Shown: in pieces, positions 23,578 through 32,752 of the stretch | Layout of the letters: each line of letters opens with the position of its first letter | Numbering within the stretch: position 1 is the stretch's first letter | Assembly: GCA_002269645.1 (NCBI GenBank) | Contig: NIVC01000599.1 | Location: 94,565 to 127,316 of the forward strand | Direction of reading: 5' to 3' | Source: Macrostomum lignano | Taxonomy: Eukaryota | Length of the DNA stretch: 32,752 nt | Translations under genes and position numbers: made by a program | Notes under the pieces: model-generated | Seen by the model: the letters and a program-made list of their open reading frames with translations, nothing else | The model's database searches: none | What the model was told of the DNA's origin: nothing

Positions 23578-24446
23578 CGCGATGACTAGGGACATGGCGG
23601 CCATGCCTCTAACTCTATGTCTAAGGACACGGCCGCCGTGTCCCTAGCTACTGCACTACTCTGTGCCTAGAGCCACGGTGGCCATGTCTTTAGCTGTGTG
23701 GACTTGTAGCACAGCCACTGTGTCCCTAGCTCTGTGTATGGGGACATGGTGGCCATGTTCCTAGTAATCTACCACTCACATGCCTGGGGCATAGCGGTTG
23801 TCTCTGAACAATGGGCTTTAAATGCAACATGATTTGATACATGTATGTAAGGTAGCTCAAATGTCGCCGGTAGTGTCAATACAAACGGTCAAATATTGTG
23901 TCAATCCAATATATTAAAACTCCTTTTAAATTATACTAGTATATCGCACAAGTATACTGTGTCGTGGAATGCGCAAACTTGTTCAATTTTTGTTTTATTT
24001 ATTATTGCTTTTTTCGATGCATATACATATCTCGAGCATTTTTGTTGAAATTGACTGTTTGCAGAAATATAATTTAAGAATTGAACTTCTTACCTACCAT
24101 GCCTAGAGTACCTTACAAAAATACATGTAGCGCCATGCAATTATTTTATATATATGTATGTTAGTGCATCCAACATAGAATGGGGCGGTTAGCGGATGCA
24201 TATACAGCATGATAATATTAGTATATATACATGTAGATAATTGATTGAGTGGTAGATTACTAGGAACATGGCTGCCATGTCCCCATACACAGAGCTAAAG
24301 ACACGGCGGCCGTGCCGCGAGTCCACACAGCTAAAGACACGGCTGCCGTGGCTCTAGGCACAGAGTATCGTGGTAGCTAGGGACACGGCGGCCATGTCCT
24401 TAGATATAGAGTTAGAGGCATGGTCGCCGTGTCCCTAGTCATGGCG
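23578..24446. mobile_element. Mutator/MULE-type foldback element (869 bp, ~200-bp TIRs)
   Basis: Arms 23578-23778 and 24246-24446 are imperfect reverse complements (CGC[G/C]ATGACTAGGGAC...GTAATCTACCACTCA). A 9-bp direct repeat ATTTAATTT flanks them (23569-23577 and 24447-24455). Long TIRs with a 9-bp TSD are typical of Mutator. Confidence 0.8.
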
Positions 24447-25458
24447 ATTTAATTTATATAGTTAAATCAAGTTAAAACTTTAATCCAAAGTACAAATATA
24501 TATTTTTTGCATTCGCAATAACAATAAGAATAACCACTTCATTATTTGTATAGTCATTATAGCAATGATATTATAATTGTAATTGCCATAAAAAACTAGA
24601 ATTTTCATTCTAGTGAATTAGGTCAATAAGCCTAGGCCTATCATGGTTTATGGTCTATAATAAGCATTTATAAATGATAAATATAAACTATAATTATGAA
24701 GTATATCATCATTTATAAACTAGGTATAAGGCCTAGGCCATGTAGTGATTTAGTAAATAATGTAAGTAACTAGAAACAAAAGGATAAGGCAGTTGTTTTT
24801 TTAGCCATATTATGATATTTCCCAATTCATCCAGTTAATTCTAGACAAATAGGCATTTTGTTTTTTATCTGGTTAAATTGATATTCTATTTTATAGAAAC
24901 TATAAAGGTGAGTATTCTTAGACTTCAAAGACTTTTTACTTGTATCTTGATTACTATGTTGTTACACTAGTATATATCTTATATACCAAATTATGCCAAA
25001 TCACATATGCATTACACATATTTGCTTTGTTTGTATTAATATATAATAATACAATTAATTAGGACATAAGAAAAGGTCTTAAAAATCTAGAATATTTATC
25101 ACTAAACGAATAGATACTTGTATTAGTAATTTAACTAGACAAATAGCAGATAGGCTATTTGTCTGGTCACTAGACAAATAACAACTGCCAAAGCCTAACA
25201 AAGCCAAAGGATAATTAGAGTAAAGTATTAGTTGCTACCTTATAAAAATATAACAAAATAAGGCCTAATTAAATATTTTAATAATTGGCCTATCTAAAGA
25301 CTTGAATACTCTATAATATTAATATATTATTATAAAATAATAGATAGGCCTAGGCTATTTTTATCAATGTTAACCAATCAATAAAATTAGAAATGACAAT
25401 GCATTGTTTTGTGATATGGACAACATAAATAATTCTTAATACATCCTATATACTAAAA

Positions 25459-25630
25459 CATGCTTGGGCGCAACCTTGGGATTCACTCGGCCGTTTCTAT
25501 TGGCAACACACACATGTAAGTCGCTATTGGACAGAATAGTAGTCACGTGACTGCTCTCAGCCAATAGCGACTTACATGTGTGTGTTGCCAATAGAAACGG
25601 CCGGGTGATTCCCAAAGTTGCGCATGTATG
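25459..25630. mobile_element. Palindromic hAT-type MITE (172 bp) nested in the Helitron 5' end
   Basis: It is a near-complete palindrome centred on GTCACGTGAC, with ends CATGC.. and ..GTATG. An 8-bp TSD TACTAAAA flanks it (25451-25458 and 25631-25638). Confidence 0.85.
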
Positions 25631-26092
25631 TACTAAAAATGAGTTGTCTGTATCTATCTAGCTATGCGATAGATTTCAGAAAAACGGCTCAACCGATTTT
25701 CTTCAAACTTGCACCATTCGATCAGAAATTTTCCTGGGACGGTACATGCATCTTGGCTAAGAAATTGCTCAATATTAAAGGGATTAAATATTCGAAAAAC
25801 ATGCTTTTTTGCAAAGGTCAAGCAAAATTTTCGACTTGAAATGCATTGTAAGAATGCTAGAGAAAACATTGACTGACTGAATTTCAATTCTGATAAAGAT
25901 TGCATCACAACAAATTGAAAACAGTGCCGAAGAAATGCACACACAACTTGATTGAAATTGCGTAACAATATTGCTTACTTAAATTGACACTGATACTGGC
26001 TGACTGAGAAATTGATTATGTCATAACATTTTACTCTAACCGACTTGCTGTACTGAATTATAAGGGCCACAATTCATGTTCTCCAATTGACA

Positions 26093-26170
26093 AGAGATAG
26101 CATAGATGCGAACAGACTGGACTGCTAATGTAGCGACCTGGGTTCGAATCTTGGTAGTGCCAAATTTTTT
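26093..26170 (+). pseudogene. Degenerate tRNA-like sequence or SINE head inside the Helitron
   Basis: It has a B-box GGTTCGAATC and an anticodon-loop-like GACTGCTAAT, and ends GTGCCA followed by a T-run. The acceptor stem does not pair, so it is not an intact tRNA. Confidence 0.5.
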
Positions 26171-26209
26171 TTAAAACACCTTAAAAACACGAAAAGCTAA
26201 AAATAAAAG

Positions 26210-27745
26210 AAGCGCAATGTCAAACATAAAAGTGGCACTATTTCAAAAATAAAATTGGCACCATGTCAAACATAAAACTGGCACTATGTCAAACATTATA
26301 GAGCCACCAAGTCAAATATAAAAGAGCCACCATGTCAGACATAAAAGAGCCACCATGTCAAATATAAAAGAGCCACCATGTCAAACATAAAAGAGCCACC
26401 AAATAAATCATAAAAGAGCTACCATGTCAAACAAAAGAGCCACCCTGCTAAACATTAAAGAGCCACCATGTCGAACATAAAAGAGCCATCATGTCAAACA
26501 TATACATGACTCCATGTCAAACATTAAAGAGCCACCATGTCAGACATAAAAGAGCCACCATGTCAAACATTAAAGGGCCATCATGTAAAACATAAAAGAG
26601 CCACCATGTCGAACATAGATGAGCTACCACATCAAACATAAAAGAGCTACCATGTCAAACTTAAAAGAGCCATCATGCCAAACATAAAAGAGCCACCATG
26701 TTGAATGTCAAAGAGCCACCATGTCAATCATAAAAGAGCCGCCCTGTCAAACATATACGTGACTCCATGTCAAACATTAAAGAGCCACCATGTCAAACAC
26801 AAAAGAGCTGCTATGTCAAACAAATACATGACTCCATGTCAAACATATATGTGAATCCATGTTAAACATAAAAGAGCCACCATTTCAAATATTAAAAAGC
26901 CACCCTGTCAAACATTAAAGAGCCACCATGTCAAACATTAAAGAGACACCATGTCAAACATAAAAGAGCCATCATATCAAACATATATGTGACTCCATGT
27001 CAAACATTAAAGAGACACCATGTCAAACATAAAAAGCCACCATTTCAAACAAAAAAGAACCACCATGTCAAACATTAAAGAGCCACCATGTCAAACATAA
27101 AAGAGCCACCATGTCAAACATAAAAAACCACCATGTCAAACATATAAGTGACTCCATATCGAACATATACATGACTCCATGTCAAACAAAAAGAGCCACC
27201 ATGTCAAACATTAAAGAGCCACCATGTCAAACATATTTTTGACTCCATGTCAAACATTAAAGAGCCACCATGTCATTGTCACAGAATTAAGCCACCATGT
27301 CAAACATAACAGAGACAACATTTCAAACATAAAAGGGCCGCCATGGCAAGCATAGAAGAGCCACCATGTCAAAAATTATAGAGCTACCATGTCAAACATA
27401 GAAGAGCCACCATGTCAACATTATAGAGCTACCATGTCAAACATAGAAGAGCCACCATGTCAAGCATTAAAGAGCTATCATGTCAAACATTAAAGAGCTA
27501 TCATGTCAAACACAAAAGAGCCACCATGTCAAACATAGAAGAGACACCATTTCAAACACAAAGAGCCACCATGTCAAACATAGAAGAGACACCATGTCAA
27601 ACATAGAAGAGCCACCATGTCAACATTAAAGAGCCACCATGTCAAACATTAAAGAGCCACCATGTCAACATTAAAGAGCCACCATGTCAAACATTAAAGA
27701 GCCACCATTTTAAACATAAAAGAGAGACCATTTTAAATATAAAAG
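26210..27745. repeat. 22-23-bp degenerate minisatellite (AAAGAGCCACCATGTCAAACAT[A/T]) inside the putative Helitron
   Basis: Dozens of diverged units, with a second variant ATACATGACTCCATGTCAAACAT. Confidence 0.93.
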
Positions 27746-27817
27746 AGGTGTCATGCCAAACAAAATGGAGCCACTATAAAGCTAAGGAAATTGTTGCACT
27801 AGCTACTTTTTCTCTGG

Positions 27818-28200
27818 TGGATGCTTGCTATTTAAGGATGTATACTTGCCATCAGGGGGATGCTTGCTATCGGAAGGATGCTTGCTACTGGGGTAACTTG
27901 CTATTGGGAGATGCTTGCTCTTGGGGGGTGGAGGGTACTTGCTATCTGAGAGGGGGTTGCTAGATATCTATAAGGTCTCTTTGTATCCAGGTTATGCTTG
28001 CTATCAGGGATTGCTTGCGGTCTGGGGATGCTTGCGATCTGTGGATGCTTGCTATCTGGGGGATGCTTGCTATCTGGGGGACGCTTGCTATCTTGGGGAT
28101 GCTTGCTATCTGGGGTTTCTTGCTATCTGGGGGATGCTTGCAGTCTGGGGATGCTTGCTATTTGGGGATCGATGCTTGAATGCTGTCTGAGGATGCTTGC
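27818..28200. repeat. ~17-bp degenerate minisatellite (GGGGATGCTTGCTATCT)
   Basis: Source of the GDACYL-type ORFs. Confidence 0.9.
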
Positions 28201-28774
28201 TGTCTACAAGCAAGCAAGATTTTCATTTTTAGTATATGGATGTCTGTTGTTTTATGAAGGCTTTATTTCACTGTCTATTTGTTATTTGTAAAGAACAAGG
28301 ATTCTATCCAGATGTCCCCATCGGGGGCGAAGATTGCTAGTATAAACTAAACTAGAAATTTGGATAATTATTGGTATTCTCAATCAATTAGGCTTAGCTA
28401 ATAAATAGATCTTAAGTTTTCTTGATAAAATGATAAGTGATTAGGCTTAGATATATTATATAAATAATTTCAAATAGTCCCTAGGTGAATTGTTAGGATA
28501 ATATTAGTTATTAAATGGTAGTCATAAATACCTTATACTTTGTACTGTTATAATTGTTAAAATAATTGTTATTGTTATAGTAGTCTTTAAGTCATAGTCA
28601 ATATTCTTAGAGGTCTAGTTAAATTGTTCTATTGTTTATTAGGGCTCTATATGTCAAAACTATGGCTATTAGATATTTATAAAAAGGGTATCAATTATAT
28701 TTTGACAGCTTTGGTTACAAGAGCAATTGTTTTTAATAGGCAATACTTTTAGCTACCATAGGCATAATTTATTT

Positions 28775-29095
28775 AATAATAATAATGATAATAATAGTAA
28801 TTCATTACACTTTCCCTAATTAAACCAGATGTGCAACCAATAGCTCAGTCATAGCTATTGCACAGTGCATCTGAAGGCTGCATATGGCTGTTCAGTCCAT
28901 GGACTGGTGGCCAGCACATACCCTCAATTACCCCATTACCCCAGCTAATTCTAGCCCCCCATTTTACATATATGTGAACTGAAAGCAATGCAGAGTTAAG
29001 TGCCTTGCTCAAGGACAAAAGTTAGGATTGGGAATCGAACCCCAGACCTTCAAGTTGTGAGTCTGACACTCTAAATTAACTAGGCTACAGCTCCC
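28775..29095 (-). mobile_element. tRNA-derived SINE with CORE/Meta-like central domain
   Basis: On the minus strand there is a tRNA-like head (GGAGCTGTAGCCTAGTTAA...GGGTTCGATTCCC, A- and B-box-like). It is followed by GTCCTTGAGCAAGGCACTTAACTCT...TGTAAAATGGGG, resembling the CORE/V/Meta SINE domains, and ends in an (ATT)n-type tail at ~28800-28775. Confidence 0.75.
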
Positions 29096-29173
29096 TAAAT
29101 TGAGAATTGAAATAACTCAATATAGTTTTTTAAACTATAAGGTAGTATTGTATGAAACACTGAAACTTCATGC

Positions 29174-30334
29174 ATGAATTCGCTGAAGCTTCTCACTAAC
29201 GCTGGCGCCAATGGTCGGTGCCTGGTGCTGTTGGCACCGTCTGTTGGACGCAGTCTCGCCTCCCGCGCCACCGGCCGCGCTGGATTCACTGGCCGAGTAG
29301 CCGCCCAGCCGGCCGGCGCTTCGGCCAAGCAGCCGCTGGGCGAAAGAATCGCCGGCCTGTCGTTGAGCCTCGGCCAGGGCGCGGCTATGGGCGGCGCGGC
29401 GCTCGGCCTTGGCGCCCTGTGCTGGTACGGCGCCGGGCTGAATAGCCAGCCTAGCGCGCTGGACAAGAGCGTGGCCTGGCCGGCCTACGCCAGGCAGCGA
29501 ATCCGGGACACCTACGCCTACCTGGGCCTGGGCGTTGCCAGCTCCGCTGCCGCCACCGTGGTCGCCTTTCGATCGCAAAAGTTGATGCGGCTGATGCATA
29601 GCGGAGGCTGGATGTCCATCTTGCTGAGCTCGGCTGCCTGTATTGGCAGTTGCATTGCTGTACAGGTGAGAGAGAAATCAGTCTTAGTCGAGAATCTTGA
29701 ATATAAACTTCAAATCCATAATGCTTTGACTACGAAGTGATTTGGGTAAACGGCGGGAGTAACTATGATTATATCATGATGCGTAAATGCTTCCCCAGCT
29801 AGTAAGTATTTTAAAATTTGACTTGCCCAAATTTTTCAATCTCACCAGATGCTGCCCTACCAGCCTGGCCTGGGCGCCAAGCAGCTGGCTTATATGGGCT
29901 TCTCCGGCCTCATGGGCTGCTTCATCGCTCCCGTCTGCGTCCTCGGCGGCCCTCTGGTGCTCCGGGCCGCCCTGTACACCGGCGGAATCTTCGGCGGCCT
30001 GACGGCAGTGGCCGCCTGCGCTCCCGACAAGAAATTCCTCACCTGGGGCGGCCCGCTGTCCATCGGTTTGGGCGTCGTGTTTGTCAGCAGTCTGGGCTCC
30101 GCTTTCCTCGGCCCAGCCTCCGCTGCCGGCCTCACCATGTACTCGGTGTCCACCTACGGCGGCCTGCTGCTGTTCAGCGGCTTCCTGCTGTACGACACCC
30201 AGCTGGTGGCCGACAGAGCCGTCAGCCTGCCGCACTACGACCCGGTCAATCAGGCGGTGCACGTCTACATGGACGTGCTGAACATCTTTGTCCGCATTGC
30301 CAGCATTATGGCCGGCGGTGGTAGGAAGAAATGA
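29174..30334 (+). CDS. GHITM: Growth hormone-inducible transmembrane protein (GHITM/TMBIM5/MICS1), Bax inhibitor-1 family mitochondrial inner-membrane protein
   Basis: Exon 1 is 29174-29665 (CAG|GTGAGA) and exon 2 is 29849-30334 (CACCAG|ATG...TGA). The intron is phase 0 and 183 bp, giving 325 aa. Motifs GGAALGLGALCWYG, WPAYARQRIRDTYAY, GGPLVLRAALYTGG, YGGLLLFSGFLLYDTQ, YDPVN..VYMDVLNIF and C-terminal GGGRKK match GHITM as I recall it. The first ~55 aa are R/S/A/L-rich with no acidic residue, like a mitochondrial presequence. Confidence 0.95.
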
Positions 30335-30796
30335 TGAGGTTAACACATTAATATATCATTGAGTTGGGACTCAAACTTTGTGATTAATAATGCTTCTGTG
30401 TCAGTCCGACTTTCGTCAGATAATCGTTTTTCAGTTTCGTCTGTTTCATGCCATGCTACTAACTATCGGTCAGTAGGATAGTTTGCGCATGTCTTGAATA
30501 ATTTAACTCGAGACGCTTAATTATTTATCCAGCAACTGAGCCGCTGCGCCTCGAAACTGAAGTGTTCGTGTGCGTTTTCTAATCATCTATAAAACCGCTA
30601 CTTTTTTCCATGAAATGTGTTAAATACACCTGTAAAGCTCCATGCGGAACAACCAGCAACTGAATCATTGAAAAGTTTCTGGAATAGATAACGCGGACTG
30701 ACATTATTTAAACATAATGTTTAAACCTATAGTTTTGCTTCTGTCTTCTTTGTTATTTTTACTTTCAAAACTTTGCCCGTCCGATTGGTAACTGCC

Positions 30797-31010
30797 CTGA
30801 GACTCACTCCTGATGTCTTCTGAGATTCACTCCTGACGTCTTCTGAGATTCACTCCTGATGTCTTCTGAGATTCACTCCTGATGTCTTCTGAGATTCACT
30901 CCTGGCAACTTTTGAGATTCACTTCTGACGACTTTTTCTGAGATTCACTCCTGACGACTGAGATTCACTCCTGACGACTGAGATTCACTCCTGAAGACTT
31001 CTTCACTCCT
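30797..31010. repeat. ~23-bp minisatellite (CTGAGATTCACTCCTGATGTCTT), ~9 copies
   Basis: Direct inspection; includes shorter 19-bp variants. Confidence 0.9.
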
Positions 31011-31667
31011 GTGGACCTCTGAGAATCGCTCAAGAAAGTTTCCCTTTTAAGATTAACTTCTAAAAAATCCCCGGCCCTAAATTCATCTCTGAGAAGAGCT
31101 AGTCTGAGAATCATCCTCACACCAGTCCCCGGTGATTGTTGAGTCACTTAAGAATGCTGGTGAGATTCATTACTGAGCTTCACTCCACTCAAATCACGTT
31201 GTCAGCGGTTTGAACTGAGGTTGAAATACCAAGCTGAATGTTTCTGCTTCCAGTCCAAGAAATTGTTTTCATTGTTCTATCACGCTTTTGCAGTTTGCCT
31301 CACTGCTTGACAATTTATTGGGCTTTTTAAACAATCAAATTTAATTGAAGAAAGATGAGATTTCCTATTAGCGATGTGAAGCCATCAATATAAGCTTCAT
31401 AAAGGATGCAGGAAGTGGAAGGCCACAGTGGTGCAGCAATTCATTTCTGCTGCACAGATTTCTTTAATCAACTCCGTTTAAAAAAGCTTGTTGTTGCGGC
31501 ACACGTGCTCGGCAAGCCATTGCAGAATTATTGAAGACCTGCAGCCTTGGTTCCCCCCATGATTTGCCGCCAGAAGAGATTTCTTCATTGCGAGGTTGGG
31601 CTAAGCAGGCGCCTGTCTGCATGTGGTTGCCTTGCTGTTTCCCTTGATTTCATTTTCTTGGCCACAG

Positions 31668-32752
31668 TTCAGGGACTACTGGGAGCTAATAAACACTTGG
31701 AATGGACGAAGGGTTCCAAGTGCGCTAGAGATCCATGGTATTGTAATATCTATCTGTCTTGGGTGGCGCTTGTCTCTTGTTGGGCGCCCCAGCTGTCTCT
31801 TGGTGGGTGCCCCAGCTGTCTCTTGGTGGGCGCCCCAGCTGTCTCTTGGTGGGCGCCCCAGCTGTCTCTTGGTGGGTGCCCCAGCTGTCTCTTGGTGGGC
31901 GCCCCAGCTGTCTCTTGGTGGGCGCCCCAGCTGTTTCTTGGTGGGTGCCCCAGCTGTCTATTGGTGGGTGCCCCAGCTGTCTCTTGGTGGGTGCCCCAGC
32001 TGTCTATTGGTAAGGCACTCCATGTCTATTGGGACTGGAGGGTGGGGACTGGAGGTTGGGAACTGGAGGTTTGCGTCTGGAGGGTGGGGTCTGGAGGGTG
32101 GGGATTGGAGGGTGGGGTCTAGAGGGTGAGGACTGGATGGTGGGGACTGGAGGGTGGGGACTGGAGGGTGGGGACTGGAGGGAGGGGTCTGGAGGGTGAG
32201 GACTGGAGGGTGGGGACTGGAGGGTGGGGTCTGGAGGGTGGGGACTGGAGGGTGAGGACTGCATGGAGGGTGGGGACTGGAGGGTGAGGACTGGAATGTG
32301 GGGACTTTCCAGCCCGCCGCATGTGCCGCATTTTCGTGAAGAGTCATCGTGTAAAAAATTGAATTATAGGAATGATTAACTTATTAAGCTTGCTCAAGAA
32401 TTATGAGTAGCATGCATGCTGCATAGCATTAGAAAATGTAGGTACGAGTGCACTTAGCTGCAAATTCTCTTACTTTCCCATGTCTGTTTCTGCACCAGCA
32501 GAAGATCAAAGGGAATATTCTGGTTGAGGATAATTATCCTGCAATAGGTCTCCTTTAGAAGCATTTCAGTCGTTTCAGGCTTGCGTAATCTTATTGTCTG
32601 ACCACTGCAGCCAGTGAGCTGCCGCTACCCGCTCTCAGCTCCTTGAGTGAGCTCTCCAAATCTAATAGTAAGAAAGTCTTGTCTTGCAAAATATTTTCTG
32701 GATAAAAAAGCTACTCAGATTTAATTTGTGAAATGGAGCTCGCCAGTGCCAC
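31668..32752 (+). CDS. Putative spliced gene of unknown product, partial (continues past the window end)
   Basis: Candidate GT-AG exons are 31668-31737, 32313-32335, 32499-32547, 32611-32667 and 32719-end. They join in phase into one open frame: FRDYWELINTWNGRRVPSALEIHARRMCRIFQKIKGNILVEDNYPAIASELPLPALSSLSELSKSNNLICEMELASA. Some donors are weak and I recognise no homology. Confidence 0.45.
31778..32010. repeat. 23-bp minisatellite (GGG[C/T]GCCCCAGCTGTCTCTTGGT), ~10 copies
   Basis: Source of the repeated GAPAVSWW ORFs. Confidence 0.94.
32033..32305. repeat. 14-bp G-rich minisatellite (GGAGGGTGGGGACT)
   Basis: About 19 units, directly following the 23-bp array. Confidence 0.93.

Larger units (their letters stand above)
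25444..28340 (+). mobile_element. Putative non-autonomous Helitron (~2.9 kb) carrying minisatellites
   Basis: The 5' end is A|TCCTATATACTAAAA. After removing the nested MITE it continues ATGAGTTGTCTGTATCTATCT...AAAACGGCTCAACCGATTTTCTTCAAACTT, resembling animal Helitron-N 5' regions as I recall them. The 3' end has a hairpin GTCCCC-ATC-GGGGGC (28314-28328) followed by CTAG|T (28337-28341). It sits between A and T with no TSD. The 3' end assignment is less certain than the 5' end. Confidence 0.65.

Noticed and set aside
26093-26170. Functional tRNA-Ser(GCT) gene
   Set aside because: The acceptor stem does not pair, the D and variable arms are unconvincing, and it lies inside a transposon.
29095-30346. 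Alternative-frame and antisense ORFs over GHITM
   Set aside because: They are expected shadows of high-GC coding sequence; only the GHITM frame shows homology.
31547-32347. Cys/Trp-rich and Pro/Ser/His-rich ORFs of 130-190 aa
   Set aside because: They derive mostly from the 23-bp and 14-bp minisatellites.
32470-32752. Minus-strand exon readings near the window end (DLESSLKELRAG; IILNQNIPFDLLLVQK)
   Set aside because: Their phases do not join without stops, whereas the plus-strand model joins consistently.

Overview
This is animal (invertebrate) genomic DNA: GC-rich exons sit in AT-rich introns and intergenic DNA packed with minisatellites and non-autonomous transposons. The style suggests a repeat-rich flatworm such as Macrostomum, but that is inference only. 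Two genes are confidently recognisable. ANKMY2/daf-25 is on the minus strand (4 exons resolved, 13435-17298) and GHITM/TMBIM5/MICS1 is on the plus strand (2 exons, 29174-30334). They are divergent and separated by about 12 kb of mobile DNA. That interval holds a 2.7-kb hAT element (8-bp TSD), a Mutator-type foldback element (9-bp TSD), a putative 2.9-kb Helitron with a fully palindromic hAT MITE nested in its 5' end, a small inverted-repeat element and a tRNA-headed CORE/Meta-like SINE. Two more spliced genes of unknown product are weakly supported: one on the minus strand at 1-7302 and one on the plus strand from 31668 to the window end. About 15 tandem arrays are present, several sharing core motifs. 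Most ORFs in the supplied track are artefacts of repeats or antisense shadows. I see no CRISPR array, no intact transposase and no intact tRNA or rRNA gene, and nothing I can support as a wholly new system. The best leads are the nested elements, the related minisatellite families and the motif-laden ANKMY2 introns.
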